A stretch of 64,000 bases of DNA from Deltaproteobacteria bacterium (GTDB lineage: Bacteria; Myxococcota_A; Polyangia; Fen-1088): the NCBI GenBank assembly GCA_033763315.1, contig JANRKS010000007.1, forward strand, positions 352,001 to 416,000, written 5' to 3'. A program made the translations under genes and the position numbers. The notes below the pieces were generated by a model that saw nothing but the letters and a program-made list of their open reading frames with translations, did not search any database and was not told where the DNA came from. Positions 1 to 9,154 of the stretch are shown in pieces. Numbering within the stretch: position 1 is the first letter of the stretch; the number at the start of each line of letters is the position of its first letter.

Positions 1-1
1 A

Positions 2-376
2 TGTTTTTACTTTCCGTTGGGCGGCGGCAACAAGCGCCGTTATCTGAATGTCATGATCACCTTTTGGGCCAGCGCCTTGCTGCTTCACACGGGCTTCGTC
101 GGCTCGGTATTTTGGATGGTGGGCGAAGCGGGCCTGCGCGATCAGTTCGTGTACTTCACGCTGCAAGGCCTGGCCGTATGTGCTTGTTTGCTGCTGTGGC
201 AGTGGCGTGGCAAGGCGCCGTCATCGGATCGCGAGTTGCGCCTGTCACCGGCGCGCGTGGCGGGCACGCTGGGCACCCAGGCCTACTCGGCGCTGGTGCA
301 CATGTTGATCATGCTGCCGAACGTGGCATGGGCCGATCGTTGGAAGCTAATGGGCCGCTGCTTGGGCTTATTTTAA
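2..376 (+). CDS. MBOAT-family membrane-bound O-acyltransferase, C-terminal part (5'-truncated by the window)
   Basis: Frame open from position 2: FYFPLGGGNKRRYLNVMITFWASALLLHTG resembles the MBOAT YxPLGG...N...F..S...HG motif with the catalytic His; hydrophobic helices follow. Confidence 0.7.
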   Translation, partial: CFYFPLGGGNKRRYLNVMITFWASALLLHTGFVGSVFWMVGEAGLRDQFVYFTLQGLAVCACLLLWQWRGKAPSSDRELRLSPARVAGTLGTQAYSALVHMLIMLPNVAWADRWKLMGRCLGLF

Positions 377-1402
377 CGGAGGCATGAAGCCTTCGCCGAA
401 ACGATACACACTGTTGTTCCAATCATCTGTGTATGTCGTGGCCCACGAAGAGCCGTTGAGCGAGCGTTCAAGCTTGCCGCGCCAGGCGCCGCGGTAAAAG
501 GCGTTGGGGAACCAAGCGTCCCCCGCACAGGCGTCACCACTGCGCCATTGCCCTTCACAAAACGTGACCTTGCGAAGGTTCGCCATGGCTGTCCACACGA
601 TGCCATCGGTCGACGTGTAAGAATTTCCACTGTCGCCTGACGCCGCGAACGCCCCATTGGCAAACTCAACGTACGTGTGGCCATTGGTGGCGCCCACGCG
701 TCCACCCTTGCGCCACGTTAACCCATCGTTCGACAAATATGAGTTGTCACCGCATGTGCCAACGAAAACGCCATTGCCAAAAGCGGCGCCTTCCATCAGG
801 CCGCAGCCATCGGGATTCTTCCCTTCCACCCATGTGCTGCCGTCAACGGATGTGAACATGCGCCAGCCTGCCGACACCCAGCGGCCTTTGCCAAACGCCA
901 CCGATCGCAGCAGTTCGCGGTCGTCTCCACCGCCTCTCGTTAGCTGCGCCACTTTCTTCCAAGTCGCTCCTTGATCTTGGGTTGCCACGCGCATGCCGCC
1001 GTAGCCCACAGCGAGGATGGTCTTCTTCCAATCAGGCGGTGGCGTGTCGCTTGGCATCGTGGCGCCCGCCGCGCCCCCGGTGGCCCCTGCCGCACCGCCC
1101 ACAGCGGACGCCCCAGCCATGCCGGCCTGCCCACCCGCCCCCGTGCCTCCCGTTGAGGATCCTCCCGCCGAAGCGCCCCCGCCACCGCTGGCGCCGCCGG
1201 AGGTTGTTCCCCCGCTCCCCACATCCACGCTGTCGCCCCCGGTCCCAGAAGTGTCACCGCCGGCGCCACCGGCCATGTCTTCCTCAGCTTCGCCGTTGAT
1301 CTCACCAGCCCCGCAACCAACAGCACACACGCTGACGGCCAAAACGCAGAACGGGACGCACACCGGGAGGCCCAAGGCCGCAAACGCTCGAATCCGTCGC
1401 AT
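368..1402 (-). CDS. Lipoprotein with Gly-rich linker and Asp-box (BNR) beta-propeller-like domain
   Basis: Signal ending AVGC, long G/A/S/T linker, then repeated SxDGxTW motifs (TQDQGATW, SVDGSTW, SNDGLTW, STDGIVW, SLNGSSW). Confidence 0.75.
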   Translation of the reverse strand: MRRIRAFAALGLPVCVPFCVLAVSVCAVGCGAGEINGEAEEDMAGGAGGDTSGTGGDSVDVGSGGTTSGGASGGGGASAGGSSTGGTGAGGQAGMAGASAVGGAAGATGGAAGATMPSDTPPPDWKKTILAVGYGGMRVATQDQGATWKKVAQLTRGGGDDRELLRSVAFGKGRWVSAGWRMFTSVDGSTWVEGKNPDGCGLMEGAAFGNGVFVGTCGDNSYLSNDGLTWRKGGRVGATNGHTYVEFANGAFAASGDSGNSYTSTDGIVWTAMANLRKVTFCEGQWRSGDACAGDAWFPNAFYRGAWRGKLERSLNGSSWATTYTDDWNNSVYRFGEGFMPPLK

Positions 1403-1561
1403 GGCGAACTACCTGCCGTGTTTAGGAATGTGACCGCACGCAGCGTCATGCCGCAGGCGGTGGTCGATCAAAGATAGGTGGACATCACCCCCCACGGCAA
1501 GGGGCCGTTTTACCTAGTTCTGCCCGACATATGCGGACACGAACGACATTGCAGCAACGGA

Positions 1562-1577
1562 AGGCACTCAAAGTGCT
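1562..1577 (+). promoter_or_regulatory. Possible sigma-54 promoter upstream of the kinase
   Basis: AGGCACTCAAAGTGCT has GG-N10-GC spacing with GGCAC at -24; the -12 element GTGCT deviates from TTGCW. Confidence 0.4.
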
Positions 1578-1630
1578 GGCACAAAATGCCGATGCCCAAG
1601 TAGACGCAGCCTCATCAGCACAACTGCACG

Positions 1631-3094
1631 ATGCCCTCGACCAACGCTTTGACCCGCGCCTTAACGAAGCAAACGCCCCAGCTGTTTGGTCGGTACCACT
1701 TGCTCGGCAAGATCGCGATGGGCGGCATGGCAGAAGTCTTCGTCGCCCGGTGCGGCGAATTGCTGGGCATGCAGACGTTGATCGCTTTGAAACGAATCCT
1801 GCCCGTGCACGCGGCCGACGAAAAGTTCGTGCAAATGTTCCAGCGCGAAGCCAGCATCGCTTTGCGGCTGCAACACCGTTCGATCGCGCGTGTGTTCGAG
1901 GTGGGCAAGGTTCAAAATGATTGGTACCTCTCGCTTGAACTTGTGCAAGGCGAGAACCTCGCGCGCGTGTCGGACGCGCTTGAAAGCAGGCACTTGCACT
2001 GGGATCCCAACCTGGTGGCTTTCATCGGCTCCGAAGTGGCCCAGGCGCTTCACTACGCCCATACGTTGACGGACGCACGCGGACGCCAACTCAACATCGT
2101 TCACCGCGACATCAGCCCTGAAAACATCATGTTGGGCTTCGATGGCTCGGTCAAAGTCATCGACTTCGGCATCGCCTCGTGTGAGTCGTACGCCAGCCTC
2201 ACCACGCAAGGCGCCGTGCGCGGCAAGGTGCAATACGTATCACCTGAGCAGGCGCAAACGCACAAGCTTGATGGGCGTTCAGATATCTTTTCGCTGGGCG
2301 TGGTCTTGTACGAATGCTTGGCGGGGGCACAGCCTTTCGAACGCACGTCGCCGATGGCCACGCTGGACGCGGTGGTGAACAAGTGGGTGCCGCCAATCCC
2401 ACACGTGTCGCCGCAGCTCAACGACGCGATCATCAAAGCGTTGGAAAAGGAGCCAGGCCGTCGCTACAAAAGCGCCGAGGAGTTCAGCCATGCGTTGCTC
2501 GCCGCGATTGCAGGGCAAGACGCAGCTGGGCCCACGAAAGTGTCACAGCTTGTGACGTCGCTGTTTCCGCAACGGCTGCAACGGTGGCGGCAAATTCAAG
2601 AGATGGCGCTTGAGGGCTTTGGCTTCAAAGAGCGCGGGGCCAAAGAAGGCGATGCAACCCCGCCCCCCGCGCAGCTGATGGAGCCCGCGGATTCAGAGAA
2701 CATCACGCAGGCTGAAAAATATTACGTCATCTCGAACAGCCAACCACCCGTCCCACCCGTGTTAACGACACCCGCACGACGAGCCACACGTACAGCAGGC
2801 GTGGTGTTCGCGTTGGCGGTGGCCGCGTCCATTTTGTTTCTCATCGCGCGCAAACCGCGAGAACGCGTTGAGAACGATGTGCCCCCTGCCCCCATCGCCG
2901 TTTCGCCACGCATCGTGCCGCTGCCGTTGCCCCCCCGCGAGCCGCCGCCCGAGCCCCCCAATGCCGTAACACCACCGGAAGAGGATTTGCCGATCCCAAC
3001 CGTCAAACTGCCGCCGAAGTTAGCAAAAAAAGCGCTGAATAAGCCTCGACGAACACGCCACGCGCGGGCAGGTTCGCGGCCCGCCACCCGCTAG
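1631..3094 (+). CDS. Hanks-type Ser/Thr protein kinase with one TM helix and Pro-rich tail
   Basis: IAMGGMAEV, ALKRIL, HRDISPEN, DFG, YVSPEQ, DIFSLG; TM segment GVVFALAVAASILFLIA. Confidence 0.95.
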   Translation: MPSTNALTRALTKQTPQLFGRYHLLGKIAMGGMAEVFVARCGELLGMQTLIALKRILPVHAADEKFVQMFQREASIALRLQHRSIARVFEVGKVQNDWYLSLELVQGENLARVSDALESRHLHWDPNLVAFIGSEVAQALHYAHTLTDARGRQLNIVHRDISPENIMLGFDGSVKVIDFGIASCESYASLTTQGAVRGKVQYVSPEQAQTHKLDGRSDIFSLGVVLYECLAGAQPFERTSPMATLDAVVNKWVPPIPHVSPQLNDAIIKALEKEPGRRYKSAEEFSHALLAAIAGQDAAGPTKVSQLVTSLFPQRLQRWRQIQEMALEGFGFKERGAKEGDATPPPAQLMEPADSENITQAEKYYVISNSQPPVPPVLTTPARRATRTAGVVFALAVAASILFLIARKPRERVENDVPPAPIAVSPRIVPLPLPPREPPPEPPNAVTPPEEDLPIPTVKLPPKLAKKALNKPRRTRHARAGSRPATR

Positions 3095-3115
3095 CCTGTG
3101 CTAAAGCTGCGCGCG

Positions 3116-3676
3116 ATGCAAAGCGCTCTTATTTTCGATTGCGACGGAACTTTGGCAGACACGATGCCCGCGCACTATCAAGCGTGGCTCGACACCCTTC
3201 GGCCCTTTGGCGTGCCATTTCCCGAGGATCGTTTTTATGGCTTAGGCGGCGTACCCACGACGGAGATCTCAAAGCTCTTGTTCCGCGAAGCGGGCTTGTC
3301 TGTGGATCCATTAGCGATGGCGCACGCCAAAGAACAGGCGTTTCTCACCCGCATTGCGCACGTGCAACCGATCGAACGCGTGGTGGCCGTGGCGCGCGCG
3401 GCCCGCGGCAAGCTGCCAATGTCTGTGGCCTCCGGTGGACAGCGACCGGTGGTGGAGCTCACGCTCACGCAAATTGGAATCCGCGACTGGTTCGAGATCT
3501 TGGTTACAGCCGAGGACACCACCCGCCACAAGCCAGAGCCCGACGTATTCCTCGAAGCGGCACGCCGCATGAACGTGCCGGCTTCGATCTGCACGGTTTA
3601 TGAAGATACAGATCTGGGAATCGAAGCGGCCCGTCGCGCGGGCATGCAATGGGTGGACATCCGCGTGATGCCTTAG
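3116..3676 (+). CDS. HAD-superfamily phosphatase (beta-PGM/YqaB-like)
   Basis: FDCDGTLADT, KPEPD, YED..GIEAA..AGM. ATG at 3116 preferred over GTG at 3098. Confidence 0.9.
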   Translation: MQSALIFDCDGTLADTMPAHYQAWLDTLRPFGVPFPEDRFYGLGGVPTTEISKLLFREAGLSVDPLAMAHAKEQAFLTRIAHVQPIERVVAVARAARGKLPMSVASGGQRPVVELTLTQIGIRDWFEILVTAEDTTRHKPEPDVFLEAARRMNVPASICTVYEDTDLGIEAARRAGMQWVDIRVMP

Positions 3677-3691
3677 ATGGCCAGGGGCGCC

Positions 3692-4720
3692 TTATGAAGC
3701 GTCGCTGAGCGCTTTGGCGGCGCGCGCGATCTCAACGCGCGCTTGCACGTATTCGCCGAACGCATGGAGGAATTGCGCGAGGTTGTTGTCGCGGCCTCCC
3801 TTGCGGCCACGACGCACACAATCTTCCCACGCCTTCATCATGCGCTGCTCGGGCTCGTAGAACTTCTTCATCGACGCTTTGTAGGTCGCCGAAGGCTTCG
3901 CCGAGATGTCGATCTTCGTCACCAAGGCGCCGCACTTGTCTTGCACGGTTTGCATGAATCCGGCCGCGTCCTTCTTGTAGCACTCGGTTGCCAGCGTCTG
4001 CAGCAAGCCTTGTGCGTCTTTGATCTGCGCGATGCCTGGCACCGCACATTGCAAAAAGCGCTCGAACGCAATGCTTTCGGGCGTGGGGGTTTCACTTGCG
4101 TGCCACGCATCACCCGCGGCTTGCAGCTTGGCGGCCATATCACCACCCTCGATCAACACGTCGAGGCGATCGGCAAATGTGCCGATGCCGTCCTTGAGCT
4201 TTGGCAGGCTGCCTTTGTAAGCGTCAAAGCCCGCCTTGAACTCTTCGGGCACGTCGGTTTTGGCCGCGAACGTCGCGGTCACGCGATCACCTATGGGCAT
4301 GCATTCCACACGCAGGTGTTCAGCGAACGTTTTTGGTTGAACACCGGCGGCCTGTTCCACCTTCGCTTGCACTTGGTCGGCCGTGCTGAAGGCGTCCACC
4401 GGCAGGTTGCTTTGGGTGAGGCAGTTCAACAGGCTGCCCACTTCCGCTTTGTCCTGTTCGGCCCACGTATCAAGCCACTGCAGCTTCTTGCCTACGGCCG
4501 CCTTGGTCATCCGGTCTTTGACGGCGAAGGCCGCCAAGAGCCCCAGCCCCACCACCGCAACCGCCCCGTAGATGGTCCGTGACCGCTTGCGCGCCCGCGC
4601 CTGATCCGCGGCCAGGCTGGCGATGGGATCGTCGCCGCCCCCGGGAAGGTTGGCCCCGCAGCGGGAGCACACACTGAACGACGGGGGATTGGCATGACCG
4701 CAGGTGGGGCAAGGTGACAT
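3692..4720 (-). CDS. Zinc-ribbon + TM + Cys-containing helical extracytoplasmic domain, hypothetical protein
   Basis: N-terminal CPTCG...CSRCG, TM IYGAVAVVGLGLLAAFAV. Start at 4720 lies 7 nt after TATGAT. Confidence 0.8.
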   Translation of the reverse strand: MSPCPTCGHANPPSFSVCSRCGANLPGGGDDPIASLAADQARARKRSRTIYGAVAVVGLGLLAAFAVKDRMTKAAVGKKLQWLDTWAEQDKAEVGSLLNCLTQSNLPVDAFSTADQVQAKVEQAAGVQPKTFAEHLRVECMPIGDRVTATFAAKTDVPEEFKAGFDAYKGSLPKLKDGIGTFADRLDVLIEGGDMAAKLQAAGDAWHASETPTPESIAFERFLQCAVPGIAQIKDAQGLLQTLATECYKKDAAGFMQTVQDKCGALVTKIDISAKPSATYKASMKKFYEPEQRMMKAWEDCVRRGRKGGRDNNLAQFLHAFGEYVQARVEIARAAKALSDAS

Positions 4721-4773
4721 CGGCGGCATCATATCCCACGCAACTTTGTCGAAGCCAGATCCGATACTTTGGC

Positions 4774-5187
4774 ATGAAGGAAAACACAGCCCAAACCCAG
4801 CCAGCGGCCCGTTTGGTTTCGGTCGCTATATCGATCGCACGCAACCTTCCCAAAGACAGCGCCCAACTCGGACGTGCGCTGGATAAGACCGCCAGCCGCG
4901 TGATGCTGATGTCGTTGCGCGGGGAGCTGGGGCGGCCCTCAATGGCTGCCAAAGCGAGGGCTTGCATACAGCGCGTGTTCGATATCCTCGAACTGCTTGA
5001 CCGCATGCAGGCCTACGACGCGGGCGTGCTGCAAAAGGCGCTGACCTACGCGGACAAGATGCTACGCGTGTTGCCGGAGCCGGAAACGAAAACCATCACT
5101 TCGCCCTTGCCCCCCGCGACCAAACAGCGCAGCGGCCCTGTGCTCAGCCTCATCCCCCTTGCTGCGAAAGGATCTCATATCCCTTGA
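4774..5187 (+). CDS. Small helical protein, divergent four-helix-bundle-like
   Basis: Fills the gap between divergent/convergent neighbours; amphipathic helices (LPKDSAQLGRALDKTASRV...ARACIQRVFDILELL); 3' end overlaps ctpA by 38 nt. Confidence 0.55.
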   Translation: MKENTAQTQPAARLVSVAISIARNLPKDSAQLGRALDKTASRVMLMSLRGELGRPSMAAKARACIQRVFDILELLDRMQAYDAGVLQKALTYADKMLRVLPEPETKTITSPLPPATKQRSGPVLSLIPLAAKGSHIP

Positions 5188-6451
5188 GGTAATCGAGCGC
5201 CACTTGCACGGGGTAATCAGGCAAGCGAACAGGCGCCGCGGCAACCTCGCCCTGTTCGTTGCGCAGATGGCGTTCGTAGTCGCGCTCGCGCATCACGTCT
5301 TCGTCGTTGGCATCGGGAGGCGGGCCTGCCGGCACGTGAATGTTGGGGGTGATGCCCTGGCTTTGAATTGAGCGACCGTTGGGCGTGTAGTAGCGCGACA
5401 CCGTGAGCTTGAGGCCGCACGGCCGTGGGCCACAGCCATCCAACGAAAACACCGTTTGCACTGAGCCTTTGCCGAACGTTTGTGATCCCATGATGACGGC
5501 GCGCCGGTGGTCCTGCAGCGCCCCAGCCACGATCTCCGCCGCCGACGCGGTGGCGCCGTCCACCAGCACCACCATGGGAAACCCCGTCCATGTGCCGCGC
5601 TTGTGCGCAACTTGCCGATCCATTTCACGCCCCGCTTTGCCAACGGTGCGAACAATAAGGCCGTCCGACAAAAACCGATCCGCCACTTTCACGCCTTGAT
5701 CCAAGAGACCGCCGGGGTTGCGGCGCATATCCAAAATCAACCCTTGCAGCTTGCCGGCCTTGCGCGTTTTGGCTTGTTTTTCCAACTGTTCAAGCGTCTC
5801 TTGCAGCTTGGCGTCCGTGTTGGCGGAAAAGATGCGCAGCTTCGCATAACCGTACCCCTCTTCCAAAAGCCGCCCCTCCACCGACTTCACCTCAAATTTG
5901 GCGCGCTTGATCTTGAACGTCAGCGGCTTGCCTTGACGTTCCACAGCCAGCTCCACAACAGATCCCGGGGCGCCTTGAATGCGGGAGACGGCGTCGTTCC
6001 AGTCCAACGCATCCGTTTGCACGCCATCGATCTGCCGGATGATGTCACCGGGGGCCACGCCGGCCTGGTACGCAGGTGAACCTTCTATCGGAGACACCAC
6101 CACCAGCCCGTTTTTGCGTTTTTCGAGATCGATGCCAATGCCTTCGATCTCGCCGTCGCCTTCGGTTTCTTGTTTGAGGCGATCATATTCTTCTGGATCC
6201 ATAAACCGCGAATGTGGATCCAGCACGTCAGTCAAACCGCGTGCCGCCCCATACATCAAATCCGCCTCAGAGACGTTCTCGACATAATTGGATTCAATGT
6301 ACGAGAGCACTTTGGTGAAGATGCCAAGCTTGCGGTAAGGATCGAAGCGGCCCGCCCATGAGAGGCCGGGAGAAGCGAACAGCGAGCCGGCTAAGAACGC
6401 CACGCCCGCGATCGCGCCGAACCCAAAAACCTGGCGCATTGGAAAACGCAT
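5150..6451 (-). CDS. ctpA: C-terminal processing peptidase (S41A) with PDZ domain
   Basis: LDPHSRF, GIGI (PDZ), LDMRRNPGGLL, TASAAEIVAGALQD (catalytic Ser), TFGKGSVQ (catalytic Lys). Confidence 0.95.
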   Translation of the reverse strand: MRFPMRQVFGFGAIAGVAFLAGSLFASPGLSWAGRFDPYRKLGIFTKVLSYIESNYVENVSEADLMYGAARGLTDVLDPHSRFMDPEEYDRLKQETEGDGEIEGIGIDLEKRKNGLVVVSPIEGSPAYQAGVAPGDIIRQIDGVQTDALDWNDAVSRIQGAPGSVVELAVERQGKPLTFKIKRAKFEVKSVEGRLLEEGYGYAKLRIFSANTDAKLQETLEQLEKQAKTRKAGKLQGLILDMRRNPGGLLDQGVKVADRFLSDGLIVRTVGKAGREMDRQVAHKRGTWTGFPMVVLVDGATASAAEIVAGALQDHRRAVIMGSQTFGKGSVQTVFSLDGCGPRPCGLKLTVSRYYTPNGRSIQSQGITPNIHVPAGPPPDANDEDVMRERDYERHLRNEQGEVAAAPVRLPDYPVQVALDYLKGYEILSQQGG

Positions 6452-6512
6452 TGTTGCCCATTGTAGCAGGCACCCCTGTGGTTTTAGAGCTGCGGATAGC
6501 GATGCCCGGTCG

Positions 6513-7328
6513 TTAGCGAGGCGCGCGCAATCCACGCGCGTCGACGGGCACCCCCGCGCGCCACACGGCCAGCCGAAGCACGGGCGCGCCATCCAGCGTT
6601 CGGCCCACACGCCCAAGCGCCACGCCCGCCTGCACGGGCTCGCCTTCGGCAACGTCCACGGTGTGAAGCCCCGACAAAATGCTCACCAGTTCGTCATCAT
6701 GCGCCAGCACCACAGCGTAACCGCCGTTGGGTAACGCAGCGACTTTGCGAACCACCCCCGCCGCAGGGCTTACAACCGGGGCGTCCAACCGCGCCAAGAT
6801 CTGCAACCCGGGATCGCGATACACAACGCCCGTCACGGGATCGGGCCGCAACCCCGGTGAGGAGATCGTGGGCCCCTTGGTGGGCCACAGCACCAAAGGT
6901 TTGCTGACGGTGGCCTCAGCCACGGGCGTAAGAACGGCGGCCTTGTCTTGCGCCTCGCGGGCCGCCAAACCCGTGCGCTCTTGCTGTACGCGCTTGAGTT
7001 CGTCCTGCAGCTTGCGCGCTTCATGCAAGCTGCGGCCGAGAACCACCACCGCCATGGCTTCGGCACGCGCCTCCTCGGGTCGCAGTTTGCTGTCTGCGAA
7101 GAATCCAAGCGCTCGCCGCCGCCCCAGCCGGTAAGCCACCCAGGCGTGCTGCCTGACCAAATGAAGGGCAGCGTCGTGCTGTTTGCCCAACGCATCTTCA
7201 CGCGCCAGCAGATGGGCGTCCACCAATGTGGTCGGCGACGCCAACGGCTCGGCCACGGTGTGCGGGACATCGGCAAAAACCTCCGCCAAGGCCGCCGCCA
7301 AAGCGAAGGTGAAGCGAGCGCTAGACAT
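6513..7328 (-). CDS. envC: EnvC-like coiled-coil + degenerate M23/LytM peptidoglycan-hydrolase activator
   Basis: WPTKG, VVSPAAGVV, GYAVVLAH, V..GEPVQAG..LGRVG; lacks HxxxD and HxH zinc ligands as EnvC does; start overlaps the ftsX stop; between ftsX and ctpA. Confidence 0.75.
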   Translation of the reverse strand: MSSARFTFALAAALAEVFADVPHTVAEPLASPTTLVDAHLLAREDALGKQHDAALHLVRQHAWVAYRLGRRRALGFFADSKLRPEEARAEAMAVVVLGRSLHEARKLQDELKRVQQERTGLAAREAQDKAAVLTPVAEATVSKPLVLWPTKGPTISSPGLRPDPVTGVVYRDPGLQILARLDAPVVSPAAGVVRKVAALPNGGYAVVLAHDDELVSILSGLHTVDVAEGEPVQAGVALGRVGRTLDGAPVLRLAVWRAGVPVDARGLRAPR

Positions 7329-8244
7329 AACGCCCCTTGAGCGAAGGCATCGCGCGCTGGCCGATCCAAAAACCCGCGAACAGCGCAACCACCGTTGCGA
7401 GCAGCATCTCATGCCAAGCCACAAACGGCAGGGGCCCCGGCACCCAACTGCCAAGCACCGCAGCCAGCGACGACGACAGCGTCAGGTGCGCCAGCCACAG
7501 CACCAGCCACGCCGACAGGGCCCCCGCGACCGCCGACAGCCCGCCGGCAAGCGCCCACGGCCGCCGAATTCCTGCTGGAGTCTCACCCAGCAAAGTCAAC
7601 ACGGCCACCTCTTGTTGCCGGCGTTGGCGCCCTTGCACCAGAGGCAGAACCAACACCGCCACGCCCGCCACAACCGCCAAGCCGAACAGCGACCATCCGA
7701 GCCCGCGCAAGAGGCCCAACACCGATCGCAAGCGCGCCAAGCCATCCTCCATCGCGTCCACTTCGGCGATGCCGGGGATGCGGCGCAGGCGCTCCGCCAA
7801 GGCCACCGCACGTTCAGACAGCGAAGTTGTGGCCTGCAGACGAACCTCTAAAGAGCGCGGCAGAAAACCTTCCTCCACGCCGTCGAGAAACTCGGCCACG
7901 CCTCCCATTGATTTGGCTTCGGCGCGCAAACGTGCCAGGGCCTCGGCCGAATCCACCGCGCGCACGCGCTCAACGCCCGGCACACGCGACACAATTTCGG
8001 CCAACGCCTGCGCTTTGTCGGCCGTCATATCGTCACGCAGATACGCAATCACGTGCACGTTTTCCGCGAGGCGTGGCAGCACAGAATCCGCGATTTGCGA
8101 CACCACCCGTGCGGCGCCCATCAACAACACCAGCAACGCAAAAGCGCCGCCCAAAGCCACGAGCGGGGCTGGTTGTCGTTTCACCGCACGTTGCATTCGT
8201 CGCAGCGTCCAGTCGAAGTTCACCGCTTGCCACTCCTTGACCAC
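7321..8244 (-). CDS. ftsX: Cell-division ABC permease FtsX
   Basis: TM1, VIAYLRDD, PGVERVRAVDSAEAL, LPRSLEVRL, RQQEVAVLTLLGET..IRRP, three C-terminal TMs. Confidence 0.85.
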   Translation of the reverse strand: MVKEWQAVNFDWTLRRMQRAVKRQPAPLVALGGAFALLVLLMGAARVVSQIADSVLPRLAENVHVIAYLRDDMTADKAQALAEIVSRVPGVERVRAVDSAEALARLRAEAKSMGGVAEFLDGVEEGFLPRSLEVRLQATTSLSERAVALAERLRRIPGIAEVDAMEDGLARLRSVLGLLRGLGWSLFGLAVVAGVAVLVLPLVQGRQRRQQEVAVLTLLGETPAGIRRPWALAGGLSAVAGALSAWLVLWLAHLTLSSSLAAVLGSWVPGPLPFVAWHEMLLATVVALFAGFWIGQRAMPSLKGRYV

Positions 8245-9059
8245 GCGTCTTCGTCGTCTTCGTCAACGAGGTCAGCTTCATCAAGATCTTGCTCTGCGGA
8301 GGCCTGGGGTGGCACCACCGCGAAAGCCGCGCCGTCTTCGGGCGGCACAGGGGTGACGCGATCGCCCCGCAACACCGTCATGCGCGGGCCGCCCACCAAG
8401 CGGCCGCCTTCCAATTCCACGATCTCGGCGCCCGCTTGCGTGAGCAACGCCGCAAACGATGGATCGGCGCTGCCGCACATCACGGCAGATCCCATGGATT
8501 GCGCCACGCCCATCGCCATCGCCACCGCCTCGCGATCGTCGGCGTCAAGCCCGGCCGCGGGTTCATCAAGCACGATGAGCGGGGGTGAGCCCACCATGGC
8601 CCGCGCCACCGCCACCAAGCGACGCTCGCCCCACGACAAGTCGCCCACAGGCACATGAGTCGCGGCTTCGGGAAAGCCAACGGCGCGCAAGGAATCGATT
8701 GAACTGGACTGTGCGCTGATCACGTCGTGGCCACGCACGGCCAACGCCAGCATCACGTTTTCGAGCGCACTTTCGTCGTTCACCAAAGGCGGCTCGGGCG
8801 GCAAATACCCCACGTTGCGGCGGACGAACGGCAGCGAGCTGCTTTGCAAAGCCAAGATGTCGCGGCCACCGATGATTACGCTGCCCGCGCCGGGACGGAT
8901 CGCGGCGGCGGCGATGCCCAACAGCGTGCTCTTGCCGGCGCCGCGCGCCCCACGCACCAGCGTGACCTGCCCTGCTGCCACGGACAGACTCACGCGGTCG
9001 ACGACCGTGCGGCCATGGCGAGCGCAGCTGACATCTTCCAGGCGAAGCACCGCCATCAT
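8220..9059 (-). CDS. ftsE: FtsE-like ABC ATPase with divergent motifs
   Basis: Walker A GARGAGKST, LPFVRRNVG (FtsE-typical), signature LSWGE, Walker B LIVLDEP; directly upstream of ftsX. Confidence 0.8.
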   Translation of the reverse strand: MMAVLRLEDVSCARHGRTVVDRVSLSVAAGQVTLVRGARGAGKSTLLGIAAAAIRPGAGSVIIGGRDILALQSSSLPFVRRNVGYLPPEPPLVNDESALENVMLALAVRGHDVISAQSSSIDSLRAVGFPEAATHVPVGDLSWGERRLVAVARAMVGSPPLIVLDEPAAGLDADDREAVAMAMGVAQSMGSAVMCGSADPSFAALLTQAGAEIVELEGGRLVGGPRMTVLRGDRVTPVPPEDGAAFAVVPPQASAEQDLDEADLVDEDDEDAWSRSGKR

Positions 9060-9154
9060 TGTAGATGTGTTAGCGGCCTCACTGTCAATTTGTGAATAAA
9101 GTCCGCTGGGGCGAGCGGGTGGTGTGTTCGGCAAAGGCAGCCGTGGGCGCACGG

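Noticed and set aside
1017-1433. Pro-rich ORFs antisense to Gly-rich genes (also 57168-57575, 59774-60061) and other long overlapping ORFs such as 3743-4582, 7337-8356 and 36994-37938
   Set aside because: Shadow ORFs expected from high GC and codon bias on the opposite strand of well-supported genes; no motifs of their own.
4774-5187. DGR accessory protein (Avd) implying a diversity-generating retroelement
   Set aside because: Only a loose four-helix-bundle resemblance; no reverse transcriptase or template/variable repeat pair seen.
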